Shown: piece by piece, positions 27,538 through 38,800 of the stretch
Position numbering within the stretch: position 1 is the first letter of the stretch
Layout: each line of letters begins with the position of its first letter
NCBI GenBank assembly: GCA_034667725.1
Contig: JAXDQS010000001.1
Location: forward strand, 64,001-128,000
From: Thermoplasmata archaeon
GTDB taxonomy: Archaea > Thermoplasmatota > E2 > JACPAO01 > JAHFTW01
Reading direction: 5' to 3'
Length of the DNA stretch: 64,000 nucleotides
Notes under the pieces: generated by a model
Database searches by the model: none
What the model was told of the DNA's origin: nothing
The model's input: the letters and a program-made list of their open reading frames with translations, nothing else
Position numbers and translations under genes: made by a program

Positions 27538-28815
27538 GTGGACCTCCAGCGCCCGATCGGCACCCGCGACTTCGGCCCGGCCGACATGGCCGTCCGCAAC
27601 CACGTCGCGAGCCTGCTGCGGGAGGTGTTCCGCCGCTACGGCTACGCCGAGGTGGGCACGCCGACCTTCGAGGCGCTGGAGCTGTTCACGGCCAAGTCCG
27701 GCGACGGCGTCATTGGCGAGCTCTACAACTTCAAGGACAAGGGCGACCGCGACCTGACGCTGCGGCCCGAGCTGACCGCGCCGGTCATGCGGATGTACTT
27801 CGCCGACCACTTCAACGACCCCAAGCCGCTCAAGTGGAGCTACTTCGGCAACTGCTTCCGCTACGACCGGCCGCAGGCGGGCCGCTACCGCGAGTTCTGG
27901 CAGTTCGGCTGCGAGCAGATCGGGGCCGGCACGCCGCTGGCCTACGCCGAGCTCATCGCGCTGGCGGACGCCTGCCTGCGCGCCGTCGGGCTGCGGCACA
28001 AGGAGCTGCGGATCGGCCATGTCAAGATCCTGGCGCACTGCGTGGACACCTTCGGCTTCGACGCCGCCACCCGCGGCGCCATGATGCGCGCCATCGACAA
28101 ACGCAACGACGTCGAGGTGCGCCGCCTCGCCAGCCAGAAGGAAGGCTGCGCGGCGGCACTCGACCGGCTGTTCCTGGTGATGGACGCGCCCACGGTCGCG
28201 GCCGCGCGCGAGGCGCTCTTGGGCGAGGCGGCGGAGGCGCTCGCGGACCTGGAGGCGTGCCTCGCGCACCTGCACGCGCTCGGCGTGCGCGACGCCAGGC
28301 TCGACCTCGGCATCGCCCGCGGCCTCGACTACTACACCGGCATCGTGTTCGAGGTCCACTGCCCGCTCTTGGGCGCGCAGAAGCAGCTCCTGGGCGGCGG
28401 CGGCTACGACCTGAGCGGCGTGTTCGGCGGCACGCCGACGCCCACCATGGGCTTCGGCCTCGGCTTCGACCGCACCATCGTCGCGCTGGAGGCGCAGGCG
28501 GCCAAGGAGGGCCAGCCGGCGGCGTTCCCGAAGGCGCCGGGCCCGGCGCTCTACGTCGGCCTGCTGGGCGAGGCCGCGGCGGCGCGCGTGCTGCCGATCG
28601 TGGCGCGGCTCCGGGACGCCGGCGTGGCGGTCGAGGTGGACCTGCTTGGCCGCAAGCCGGGCGCTGTTGCCAAGCACGCCGACGCCGTCGGGGCGCGCCA
28701 CCTTGCCATCGTGGGCGACCGCGACCTGGAGTCTGGCGCGGTGCAGCTCAAGGACCTCGCCACCGGCCAGTCGGAGTCGGTCCTCCTGGAGGACCTGGCG
28801 TCCCGGGCCTTCTAG
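27538..28815 (+). CDS. hisS: Histidine--tRNA ligase
   Basis: GTRDF, LRPELTAP, FRYDRPQAGRYREFWQ, RGLDYYTG, GGGYD. Confidence 0.97.
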   Translation: MDLQRPIGTRDFGPADMAVRNHVASLLREVFRRYGYAEVGTPTFEALELFTAKSGDGVIGELYNFKDKGDRDLTLRPELTAPVMRMYFADHFNDPKPLKWSYFGNCFRYDRPQAGRYREFWQFGCEQIGAGTPLAYAELIALADACLRAVGLRHKELRIGHVKILAHCVDTFGFDAATRGAMMRAIDKRNDVEVRRLASQKEGCAAALDRLFLVMDAPTVAAAREALLGEAAEALADLEACLAHLHALGVRDARLDLGIARGLDYYTGIVFEVHCPLLGAQKQLLGGGGYDLSGVFGGTPTPTMGFGLGFDRTIVALEAQAAKEGQPAAFPKAPGPALYVGLLGEAAAARVLPIVARLRDAGVAVEVDLLGRKPGAVAKHADAVGARHLAIVGDRDLESGAVQLKDLATGQSESVLLEDLASRAF

Positions 28816-28868
28816 GCAGGACCGAAACCTCGCGCACGCCTTTTCCCCACGGCCGCCGTTCTCCCGCC

Positions 28869-29588
28869 ATGCGCTGGCTTGCCTTCCTCGCCCTCGCCCT
28901 GCTGCTGGCGGGCTGCATGCAGTCGGGCAGCAACGGCTCGTCGACGCCGCCGCACACCTTCTCCACCACGACGCCGCCGACCTCCAGCTCGACCACCACG
29001 ACGGGGCCGGCCACGACGGGGCCGCCCAAGCTCGCGGTCCTGGAGATCGGCGGCTGGGTCAACAGCACCGGCCCCTACACCGACGCGAGCGTCAGTTGCG
29101 ACCCCGTCGCCGGCGCCCGCGTCGACCTGGCCGGCAAGAGCCTGCACCTGCCCGCCGAGGCCGACCCCGGCCAGCAGTTGCGCCTCGTGGTGTTCGACCG
29201 CAGCAAGTCGAGCGACAACGGCACCGACGGCGCCCCCGAGTGCCGGCCCAGCGTGCTCGCCGGGTTCGCCGCCGGGGTCCAGAACTACACTTGGAAGATC
29301 GAGACCGGCTCCGGGTGGGTCCCGGGCGACCGCACCTTCAAGCTGCAGCCGGGCACGAGCACGCTCGCCGTCGACAACACCCTGCTGCCCGTCGGCAAGC
29401 CCCGCGCCGTGACCATCGAGTTCAACTGGACCCGCTACGACAGCGCGCAGTACCACTACCAAGGCACGCTCTGGCTGACCTACCACGGCGAGTGGCCGCA
29501 TTCCACCATCCACCGCGACTTCCTGGAGCACCGCCTCGGCCTGGCCGACGACGAGGCCGTCTGGGTGCCCAAGCCCCCGATTCAGTAG
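28869..29588 (+). CDS. Hypothetical lipoprotein with Thr/Ser-rich linker
   Basis: MRWLAFLALALLLAGC; TTTPPTSSSTTTT. Confidence 0.72.
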   Translation: MRWLAFLALALLLAGCMQSGSNGSSTPPHTFSTTTPPTSSSTTTTGPATTGPPKLAVLEIGGWVNSTGPYTDASVSCDPVAGARVDLAGKSLHLPAEADPGQQLRLVVFDRSKSSDNGTDGAPECRPSVLAGFAAGVQNYTWKIETGSGWVPGDRTFKLQPGTSTLAVDNTLLPVGKPRAVTIEFNWTRYDSAQYHYQGTLWLTYHGEWPHSTIHRDFLEHRLGLADDEAVWVPKPPIQ

Positions 29589-30686
29589 CTACCAGCCGTG
29601 CGCGCCGCCGGTGCCCAACAGGGTCCGCACCACCTCGGGCTGCGGGCTGCGCGTGGCCGCGAACGCCGCGTTGGCGCGCGCGTGCGCCGGCGTCCCCATG
29701 CCGACGAGCGCCACCGACACGCCGGGGACGCTGCGGGTGAACTGCAGCGCGGTCTCGGCGTCGCTGGCGGTGCCGAACGCGGCGGCGTACTCCGGCGGGA
29801 TGCGGCCCGCGATGCGCATCTGCATCAGGCTCGCCGACGCCAGCACCACCATGTCCAGGTCGCGGGCGCAGTCGAGGATGGTCTGCGCGCCGAAGCGGAA
29901 CGGCTGCGTCGGCACCATGGCGGCCTCCGGCATCGCGAGGTTGACGGGCAGCTCGAGGACGCGGAAGTGGTGCTCCGACGCGCGGCCGCCGGCCTTCATG
30001 CGGGCCTGGCCGGCGTGGTGGACCAGCTTGACCAGGCTGAGGTGGCCGTTGTGCTCCGGGCCGACGCGGAAGCCGTCCCAGGTCGCGACCCCGTACATGG
30101 CGAGGTGGCCGGCGTCGCAGGCGCGCTCCAACGCCTCGAACGCGGCCTCGACGCTGGGGTAGAACAGGTCGGGCGCGACGCCCCACTCCAACTGGTGCTC
30201 CGGGTTGTGCAGCAGCATCGCGTCCAAGGTCGCGACCCCGAGGTTGCGGCGGCTGCGCTCCAGCTCGTGCAGCAGGTAGGCCGGCGCCAGCGTGTGGCCT
30301 GACAGCAGCTCGCCCGGCTTGAGAATCCCCGCGTGCAGGTACTCCGCCTCGAACCAGGCGTCGTCGTCCGGCTGGTCGCAGTCGCCGTGGACGTAGCCCG
30401 CCTTCGACACCACGACGACGCCGGCGCGGTCGCCGCCGCCCGCCACGAACCGCCGCAGCGCCCGCCCCAGGTCGCGCTCGGAAGCCTGGTCGCGGTAGTT
30501 GGACGAGGTGTCCAGCACGTTGACGCCGCCCGCCAGCGCCGCCAGCGCGGCCTCCTCGTAGCCCTCGCCCGCCAAGTAGGAGCCGAGGCCCAGGCTCGAC
30601 AACGACAGGCCTTGCGCGACCCTCGCGTGGCCGCTGGGCTTCAGGAACGCCGCCGTCCCGGCCGCCGTCGCCCGGCCTGGGATCAT
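29589..30686 (-). CDS. Aldo/keto reductase
   Basis: LSSLGLGSY, NVLDTSSNY, VSKAG, LLHNPE. Confidence 0.88.
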   Translation of the reverse strand: MIPGRATAAGTAAFLKPSGHARVAQGLSLSSLGLGSYLAGEGYEEAALAALAGGVNVLDTSSNYRDQASERDLGRALRRFVAGGGDRAGVVVVSKAGYVHGDCDQPDDDAWFEAEYLHAGILKPGELLSGHTLAPAYLLHELERSRRNLGVATLDAMLLHNPEHQLEWGVAPDLFYPSVEAAFEALERACDAGHLAMYGVATWDGFRVGPEHNGHLSLVKLVHHAGQARMKAGGRASEHHFRVLELPVNLAMPEAAMVPTQPFRFGAQTILDCARDLDMVVLASASLMQMRIAGRIPPEYAAAFGTASDAETALQFTRSVPGVSVALVGMGTPAHARANAAFAATRSPQPEVVRTLLGTGGAHGW

Positions 30687-30904
30687 CAGCCACCGCTGAA
30701 CGCCGACAGCAGCACGATGGTCTCGCCCGGCACCAATGGCGCGTCCTCGGGGATCGGCGTCGGCCCGCGCAACGCAAGGGTCGAGTCCGCGCCCTGGCCG
30801 ACCGCGCGCAGCAGGTCGCCCACCGTCGCGCCGGCCGCGAGCGCCACCGTCCGGTCCTCCTGCCGGCGCGGCCGGAACGACACGGTCACCTGGAGGACGG
30901 GCAC
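30686..30904 (-). CDS. SAMP/ThiS/MoaD-like small ubiquitin-fold protein
   Basis: TVGDLL...LLSAFSGG C-terminal GG; start 30904 or 30928. Confidence 0.85.
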   Translation of the reverse strand: MPVLQVTVSFRPRRQEDRTVALAAGATVGDLLRAVGQGADSTLALRGPTPIPEDAPLVPGETIVLLSAFSGG

Positions 30905-30967
30905 GAAACCGGCAAATACCCCCGCCATTTGGCCGCTTCGCCAGGAGACGGGCTCCTGGCGTCTTCT

Positions 30968-31050
30968 GCCGAAGTCGCATAACCCGGTATTGCGCTGGTC
31001 TCGAAAACCAGTGTCCTCTGGATTTGCAGGTTCAAATCCTGCCTTCGGCG
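30968..31050 (+). tRNA. tRNA-Ser(CGA)
   Basis: Acceptor stem GCCGAAG/CTTCGGC, anticodon arm CTGGT-CTCGAAA-ACCAG, long variable arm, T arm GCAGG-TTCAAAT-CCTGC, discriminator G; CCA not directly encoded. Confidence 0.93.
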
Positions 31051-31095
31051 CTCCATTTCGGACAAGACGCCGAAGGCAGGGCGGCCTCGATGGGC

Positions 31096-31398
31096 CTACG
31101 CGCAGAGGGGTTCGGCCCAGCAGTAGTTGGGGTCGTGGGTGGCGTTGCCCTCCCAGATGACCGTCTCGCCGGGGTTGTGGATCTCGTAGCGGACCTTCTT
31201 CTCGCATTGCTCGGTGTCCGGGTTCCAGGTGTAGCCCTCTTGGCAGTGGGCGCACATCACCGTGATGCCCGCCTGGTCGCACGGGGGCGTCTCAGGGCAC
31301 GGGAGCGGGGGGATGCACCACGGCGGCGCGGCCGTGGCGGAGCCGGCCCCCAGGGTCGCAACGATCAGCAGTCCGATGGTCAGGCTCATGGTCTTCAT
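31096..31398 (-). CDS. Small secreted Cys/Pro-rich protein
   Basis: Signal peptide; 8 Cys; CQEGYTWNPDTEQCE chitin-binding/EGF-like motif. Confidence 0.7.
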   Translation of the reverse strand: MKTMSLTIGLLIVATLGAGSATAAPPWCIPPLPCPETPPCDQAGITVMCAHCQEGYTWNPDTEQCEKKVRYEIHNPGETVIWEGNATHDPNYCWAEPLCA

Positions 31399-31549
31399 GT
31401 TGGGGTGTCCTGCCCCGAAGGGCATCGCGACGACCTTGGGCGTCTGGCAAAAGGAGCTTGGACGCTTTCCCGCCCGGGCAAAAAAAGACCGTGGACCGTC
31501 GCTTGCGCCGTTCCTGAAAGCTCATCTTCGCCCCCCCGGTCGCCCTCGC

Positions 31550-32578
31550 GTGCGCGCCGCGTGGGCCCTTGCCGTCCTCCTGCTTGTCCTGCCCGCCGTC
31601 GCCGCGGCACCTGGGGAGGGCGAGGGCGTGCGCATCGCCGTGCTCGACACCGGCATCGACGCCGGCCACGACGAGTTCGGGTCGCGCGTGACCCGACGCA
31701 CCTTCGTGGATCCCGTCCCGGTGGTGCCGCCGAACCCGCTGCCGCTGCCGCCCATCGACCCGACCGGCCAGCTGCCCGACCCCGATGGGCAAGGGACCGC
31801 GGTCGCAAGCGTTGCCGCCGGCGCCACCATGGGCCAGGCCCGCGCCGCGCTGCTGCTGGACCTCCAAGTGTCCGCGCAGTACACCGGCACCGCCGCGGAC
31901 CCGGCGCGCGAGGAGGCCGCCGTCGCCGCGATGGACTACCTGCTGCGGGAGGCGGGCGGCAACGGCACCGCCGGCCCGCGCATCGCGCTCCTGACCTTCG
32001 CGGTCCAGCCGCTCTCCGAGAACGGCGCCGCCACGCTGGCCCAGCAGGCCCGCGGCCTGTGGGACGCCGGCGTGCTGCCCATCGTCCCCGCCGGCGCCGG
32101 CGGCCCGCTTGCCTCCAGCCCGTTCGTCTTCGTGGTGGGCGACCAGGCCGCCTCGTGCGGCGCGCCCGCGACCTCGCCGGCCGCCCTGCTGAAGCCCGAC
32201 GCGGCCGGGCCGGCCCGCAACCGCACGGTCGCGACACCCGGCGACGCGCTTGGCCAAGGCCGTGGCCAGTCGGTGCGCGACGGCGCGGAGCTGGCCGCCG
32301 CCACGGTGGCCGGGGTCGCGGCGCAGATGTGGGAGGCCCGGCCGGACCTGCCGCTGCCGGCGCTGGCTGCCATCCTGCGTTCGACCGCGGCCGACGCCGG
32401 CCCCGCCGGCCCGGACGGCTGCACCGGCTTCGGCGCGGTGCAGGCCGGCGCGGCGGTGGCCGCGGCCAAGGCGTGGACCGATCCGGTGCCGCCGGGGACG
32501 CCGCTGGGCAAGACCAGTCCGGCCGCCGGCGTGCTGGTGGCGCTGGCGCTGCTGGCCGTCGCGGGGCGGCGGCGCTGA
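31550..32578 (+). CDS. Subtilase (S8)-fold surface protein with degenerate catalytic residues
   Basis: IAVLDTGID intact; HGT replaced by QGT; GTSMA replaced by GAELA; C-terminal SPAAG-TM-RRR sorting-like tail. Confidence 0.8.
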   Translation: MRAAWALAVLLLVLPAVAAAPGEGEGVRIAVLDTGIDAGHDEFGSRVTRRTFVDPVPVVPPNPLPLPPIDPTGQLPDPDGQGTAVASVAAGATMGQARAALLLDLQVSAQYTGTAADPAREEAAVAAMDYLLREAGGNGTAGPRIALLTFAVQPLSENGAATLAQQARGLWDAGVLPIVPAGAGGPLASSPFVFVVGDQAASCGAPATSPAALLKPDAAGPARNRTVATPGDALGQGRGQSVRDGAELAAATVAGVAAQMWEARPDLPLPALAAILRSTAADAGPAGPDGCTGFGAVQAGAAVAAAKAWTDPVPPGTPLGKTSPAAGVLVALALLAVAGRRR

Positions 32579-32760
32579 TGGAGTGCCAGTCCTGCGCCGC
32601 CCCTATTGGCTGGGTCGAGAAGTCCTACGGCTGCGAGCTGGACTGCACCTTTTGCCTGGAGTGCGCCGAAGCCATGGCATTCACCTGCCCCAACTGCTCG
32701 GGCACCCTGTCGCCGCAGGCCGCCCAGGCCCGTCCGCCTCCGAGAAAACAAGACGCATGA
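32578..32760 (+). CDS. DUF1272-like Cys-rich small protein
   Basis: CQSC...CELDCTFCLECAE...CPNCSG. Confidence 0.7.
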   Translation: MECQSCAAPIGWVEKSYGCELDCTFCLECAEAMAFTCPNCSGTLSPQAAQARPPPRKQDA

Positions 32761-32856
32761 AAGAAAGTTCATGGGTTTCCTCCAATCCATAGCCTTTAGA
32801 GTCAACGAAGGGGATGGCCGGTGGCAGGACCCCCCTTAGGGGGGTCCGGGGGCCAC

Positions 32857-35800
32857 GTGAAACCACGGCGAGTGCCCACTTCGCCCGCGGAAGCAACGGC
32901 CGCGGGTCGGTCGCCCCGGCGGAAGCCAGGGCCCGCCCTCGTCGCCGGCATCCTCGTGGTCGCCCTCTTGGCCGGCCTGCCGCTGGCCGCGCCGCCCGCC
33001 GAAGCCCACGTGGCCCGGGTCGGCCAGACCACCGCCGGCGGCACCACGGACGCGACCTCGTTCCTGATGGCGCACGCCACGCCCGCCGGCAGCCACCGCG
33101 TCCTGGTCGCGGTCATCCACCACCTCGACCAGACCGGCCCCGCCATCGGCGCCCAGGCCAGCGCCCGCTACGGCACGCTCGACCTCACCTGCCCGCCCGA
33201 GGCACGCTCCGAAGGCGCCTTCGTGGACGGCCGCCGCCTCCTGGTGGCGACCCAGGTGTGCTACCTCGTGAACCCGCCCGTCGGCACCGCGAACCTGCTC
33301 GCGATGTGGGACCAGCCCGTCGCGTCCTACGTCGTCACCGCCGCCTCGTTCGAGAACGCCGAGCCCGGCCCGCCCGGCATGCCCTCGGTCGGCGCCATGG
33401 GCCAGGCCAACGCGGTCTCCGCCGACCCCGAGCTGCCCCTCGTCACCGACCAGGACGACTCGCTCATCGTCGGCGGCGCCAACGCCAAGTCGGTCGAGCC
33501 CGTCAAGTTCGTGGCCCTCGCCGGCACCACCACCATCCCCGGCTCCGCCGCCAGCGCCAGCCCGACCCCCGGCGCCCTGGACGACCTGCGCGTCGTCTCC
33601 GGCCAGCGGCAAACCGCCGCCGCCGGCTCCTACCTCCTGGGGTGGGACCTCCAGCTCGACCCCTCCGGCGCCCCCTCGACGCCGCGCGACATCGCGATTG
33701 CGGCCATCGAGCTGCACACCCACCCGGACGCGCTTTGGGACGGCACCAGCGCCACCCAAGGCACCGAGGCGGTCGCGGCGCCGCGCGTGAGCGTCGCCCT
33801 TGAGCACCGCTTCGGCGCGCCGCTCAAGGTGGGCTTCGCGGCCACCGGCGGCACCGCCATCCAAGGCGCGGACTACAGCTTCACGGGCGGCCCGTGCACG
33901 GCGGCGGCGCCTTGCGAACTGAGCGTCCCGGCCGGCTCCTTGTCGGCCGACATCCCGCTTGCCATCGTGGACGACCGATTGTTCGAGGCGGACGAGACCA
34001 TCGAAATCACGCTCTCCAGCGTCGCCGGCTCGCACGTGGTGGCGCCCACCACCTGGACCTACACCATCCTGGACGACGACGTCGACGTCGCGTTCCGGGT
34101 CGCCGCCGGCAACGGCACCGAGACCCTGCGCTTCCCCACGGTGGCGGTGGACCTGTCGCGCTCGTGGACAGTGCCCATCCTGGTGACGTACTCGGTGAAG
34201 GACGGCCGCGCCTCCAAGCCCTCCGACTACCTGCTCGCCAACGGCGTGCTGACGTTCCCCGCCGGCAACAGGACGCAGACCATCCCGCTCGAGATCGTCA
34301 ACGACCTGCGCGACGAGGACCCCGAGAACTTCACCATCAAGCTCGAAGGCGCGACGCCCGCCAACGCCAACGTCGCCTCGCCATCGGTGTTCGACTACAC
34401 CATCCTCGACGACGACCCCGAGCCGGCCCTCACCATTACTGCGGTGTCCCCCGTGGGCGAGAACGCCGGGCCCGCCATCGCCACCGTCACCCTGTCGCAG
34501 GACTCCGGCAAGAACGTCACGGTGCGCTACACCGCCACCGACGGCACGGCCACCGGCGGCGGCGTGGACTACACCCTGGCCAGCGGAACCTTGCGGTTCG
34601 TCCCGGGCGAGATCAGCAAGGCCATCGCGGTGGCGCTCACCAACGACGCCATCGACGAAGACGACGAGAACCTCACGGTCAGCCTGTCCAGCCCGGCCAA
34701 CGCGACCCTCGCCGGTTCCGCGGCGACCATCGTCATCGACAGCGAGGACCAGGCCGGCATCGTGCTGTCGCGCACCAGCCTCGCCGTCGCCGAGCCCGAG
34801 CCCGGCGTGCCCGCGGCGCCGGACGGCTACACCGTCCGCCTCGCGACCCAGCCGACCGAGCCCGTGCGCATCACCCTCACGACCCTCGGCAACGACGCCA
34901 CGCCGACGGTCGTCACCCTCGACTTCACGCCCGCCAACTGGAACGTGCCGCAAACGGTGCAAGTGGTTGCGGTCGACGACTTCATCGACGAGGCGGATCC
35001 GCACAACGACACGCTGCGCCACGCCGCCACCGGCGACCCGCGCTACGCCATCCTGGCGCCCGTCGACCTGCCCGTCGTGGTGGACGACAACGACAACGCG
35101 TCGGTGCGCCTGTCGCGCAGCGCGCTGGAGGTCAGCGAGGACGGCCTCGACGACGCCTTCACCGTCGTGCTGACCTCGCAGCCCGAAGGCCCGGTCACGG
35201 TCACGGTGCGCGTGTTCGACGGCCAGGTCACCGCCGACAACGGCAGCGGGCCCGGCGGCACCGTCGTGCTGGGCTTCACGCCCGCCGACTGGATGCTGGC
35301 GCAGACCGTCCTGGTGCGCGCCGTGGACGACGCCCGCAACGAGACCGACGTCCACCTGTCCAGCCTCAACTTCACGGCCGCCAGCAGTGACCCGCTCTAC
35401 CATGCCTGGCCTATCGCCGACCTGCCGGTCCAGGTCCATGACGACGACGAGGTCGGCGTCGACTACTCCGCGACCCTGCTGGCGCTGGCCGAGGACGGCA
35501 CCCCGACGGCCACGTACTCGGTGGCGCTGCGCTCCGAGCCGGCCGCCCCCGTCACCATCTGGATCGACGTCGAAGGCGGCCAGGCTGAGGCGAACCGGAC
35601 CTCGCTCGTCTTCACGCCCACCGACTGGAACGTCCCGCAGGTCGTCGCCGTCCAGGCGCTCGACGACGCGGTGGACGAGGACGACCCCCACGCCGACCGC
35701 GTGCTGCACGTCGCCACCAGCCTCGACCCCGACTACGACATCCCCGCGGCGCGCGCCGTGGACCTCCGCATCGCCGACAACGACCAGGCCGGCATCCTCC

Positions 35801-38800
35801 TGGACCCCATCACGCTCGCCATGGCCGAGGACGCGGCCCCCGCCACCCACACGGTTCGGCTCGCGACCCAGCCGACGGCTCCCGTCACGGTCACGGTGAC
35901 GGCCGAGCCCGGGCTCACGGCCGCCGCCGTCCTCACCTTCACGCCCGCCGACTGGGACCAGCCGCAGCCGGTCGACGTCCAGCCGGTCGACGACGACCGC
36001 GCCACCGGCGACCGCACCCTCGTCGTCACGCACGCCGCCACCAGCGACGACCCGTTCTACGCCGGCCGCCTCGCGCTGCTGCCCGTCGACGTCGCGGAGG
36101 ACGACGCCGTCGGCGTCGTCGTGCTCGCCCCGGCGCTTGGGGTCACGGAAGGCGGCGCCGCCACCAGCTACGGCGTCCGCCTCGCCTCCGAGCCCGCCGC
36201 GTCGGTCACCGTCACCGTGGTCCCCGACGACGACCCGGCCACCTACCTGCGCGCCGAGCGCGCCGGCTCCCCCACCCTCACGTTCACGCCCGCCGACTGG
36301 GCCGTGCCGCAGTTCGTCACCGTCTGGGCCCCCGACGACGATGTCGCCAACGGCGCGCCCACCACCCACGCCGACCTGCTGCGCCACCTCGTCGCTTCGT
36401 CCGATTTGGCCTACGACGGCCTCCCCGCCGCCGACGTCAACGTCACCATCGAGGACCTCGACCAGCCCGGCGTCGTGCTGGCGCCCGCCGGCCTGGTCGC
36501 CGGCGAGGACGGCACCACCGCCACCCTCCAGGTCCGCCTGCTCTCCGAGCCGAAGGCCGCCGTCACGGTCCGCCTGTCCGCCCTCGGCCGCGCGCTCCTC
36601 GGCGACGATGCGGTCACCTTCACGCCGGCCACGTGGCGCGACGCCATCGAGGTCCAGCTCACGGTCGCCGACGACGCCATCGACCAGGCGCCGCGCGGCC
36701 CCAGCGACGAGGCCGACGTCATCTCGGCCACCGTCGAGAGCACCGATCTCGCCTACGCCGGCTTCCTGCCGGACGACCTGGCCATCACGCTGCGCGACGA
36801 CGACACCAGCGGCCTCGTGGTCTCGCGCGTCGTCATCCCGCTCGCGGAAGGCGGCGCCGCGGACACGTTCTCCATCCGCCTTGCGACCGAGCCGACCTCG
36901 GACGTGGCCGTGAGCCTCGACGTGCCCGGCGACGCCACCGCCAGCCCGCTCACGCTCGCGTTCACGCCGGCGGACTGGAGCGACCCGCGCACCGTCACCG
37001 TCGCCGCGGTCGACGACGCCGTCGACGAGGACGCCGAGGCGGTGCCGCTCACCGCCACCGCGGCCGCCGCCGACCCGCTCTACGACGGCCTGGCGGCAGG
37101 GGTCACGCTCAACATCGCCGACGACGACACCGCCGGCTTGCGGGTCGCGCCCGCCAGCGTCGCCGTGACCGAAGGCGAGGCCGGCGTCCTGGTGCGGTAC
37201 ACGCTTGGCAGCGAGCCCGAGTCCACCGTCACCGTCACGCTGGCGCCGGGCGCGCGCGTCGGGGTCGCGCCCGCGGTGCTGACGTTCGACGCCAGCAACT
37301 GGCAGACGGGCCTCGAGGCCTTGGTCACGGCGCCCGACGACGACCGCATCCGGTCCTCGCCGTTCGACTCGCTCGTGACCGCCACCGTGGCCGCCGCCGA
37401 CCCGCGCTACGCGGCCTTGGCGCCCTTGGAGCTGCCGGTCACCGTCACGGAAGACGACACCGCCGCGCTGCTCTTGACCCAGACCGGCGGCCGCACCACG
37501 GCCACCGAGAACAGCACCGCTTACGACATGTACACGCTGGCGCTGCAGACCATCCCCGACGCCGACGTGGCGGTCGACATCCTTGCCGACGCCGAGGTCG
37601 AGGTGTCGCTCGACGGCACCGCCTGGGCAAGCAGCCTCGCGCTCACGTTCGACAGCATGGCGCCGCAGACGGTCTACGTCCGTGCCGTGGACGACGCCGA
37701 CGCCGAAGGCTCGCACACCGGCGCCTTGCTGCACACCTTGTCCACGACGGACCCGAACTATGCGCTGGCGCCGCGCGGCCTCGCCGTGGTCATCACGGAC
37801 GACGACGCGCCCGGCATCGACATCCAGGAGATCGATGGCGCGACCGAGGTCGCCGAGGCCGGCACCACCACCGACGCCTACACCGTCGCGCTCACCACGC
37901 GGCCCACCGACGACGTCACCATTGCCATCACGCCCGCCCTCGCCGGCCAGCTCGACATCTGGCCGCCGTTCCTTACCTTCACGCCCGCCGACTGGCGCAC
38001 GCCCCAGACGGTCGCGGTCACGGCGCTGCAAGACCTCGTCGACGAGGCCGAGGCTCCGCTCGCGCTGCATCACGGGGCCAGCAGCAACGACGCCGGCTAC
38101 GACGGCCTCGCCGGCAACGACGTCGACGTCACCATCCTGGACGACGACGAGGCCGGCATCGAGATGGCGGCGGCCCTGAGCGTCGTCGAAGGCGGCACAG
38201 TCCTCCATCGCGTCCGCCTCGCCAGCGAGCCGACGGCCTCGGTCAGCGTCACGTTCACGAGCGGGCCCGAGGCCGCGGTGCCGCCGACGGCGCTGGTCTT
38301 CACCGCCGGCGACTGGTCGATCTGGCAGGAGGTCGCGGTGGCCGGCCGCCCCGACGACATCGACGACGGCGACGCCACCGCCACCCTCACCGCCACCGCC
38401 TCGTCCGCCGACGCCGCCTACGAAGGCTTGCAGGCCACCACGACGGTCACCGTGCTCGACGACGACGAGGCCGGCGTCCAAGTCTCCCCCTCCGGCACAG
38501 CGCTGGTCGCGGAAGGCGGCGCGGGCACCACCCTCTCCATCGTCCTCGGCACCCGCCCCTCGTCCGCCGTCCGCATCACCATCGCGACCAACGGCCAGGC
38601 GACCGCGACCGCCTCGATCACCTTCGGCGTCGGCACCTGGAACGTCCCCCAGACCATCACCATCAACGCCGCGGCCGACAACGTCGCCGAAGGCCTGCAC
38701 GCCGACGCGCTCCGGTTCACCGTCGCCTCCAACGACGGCCTCTACGACGGCTTCACCCTCGCGGACGTGCCCATCGCCATCACGGACGACGACGTCGCAG

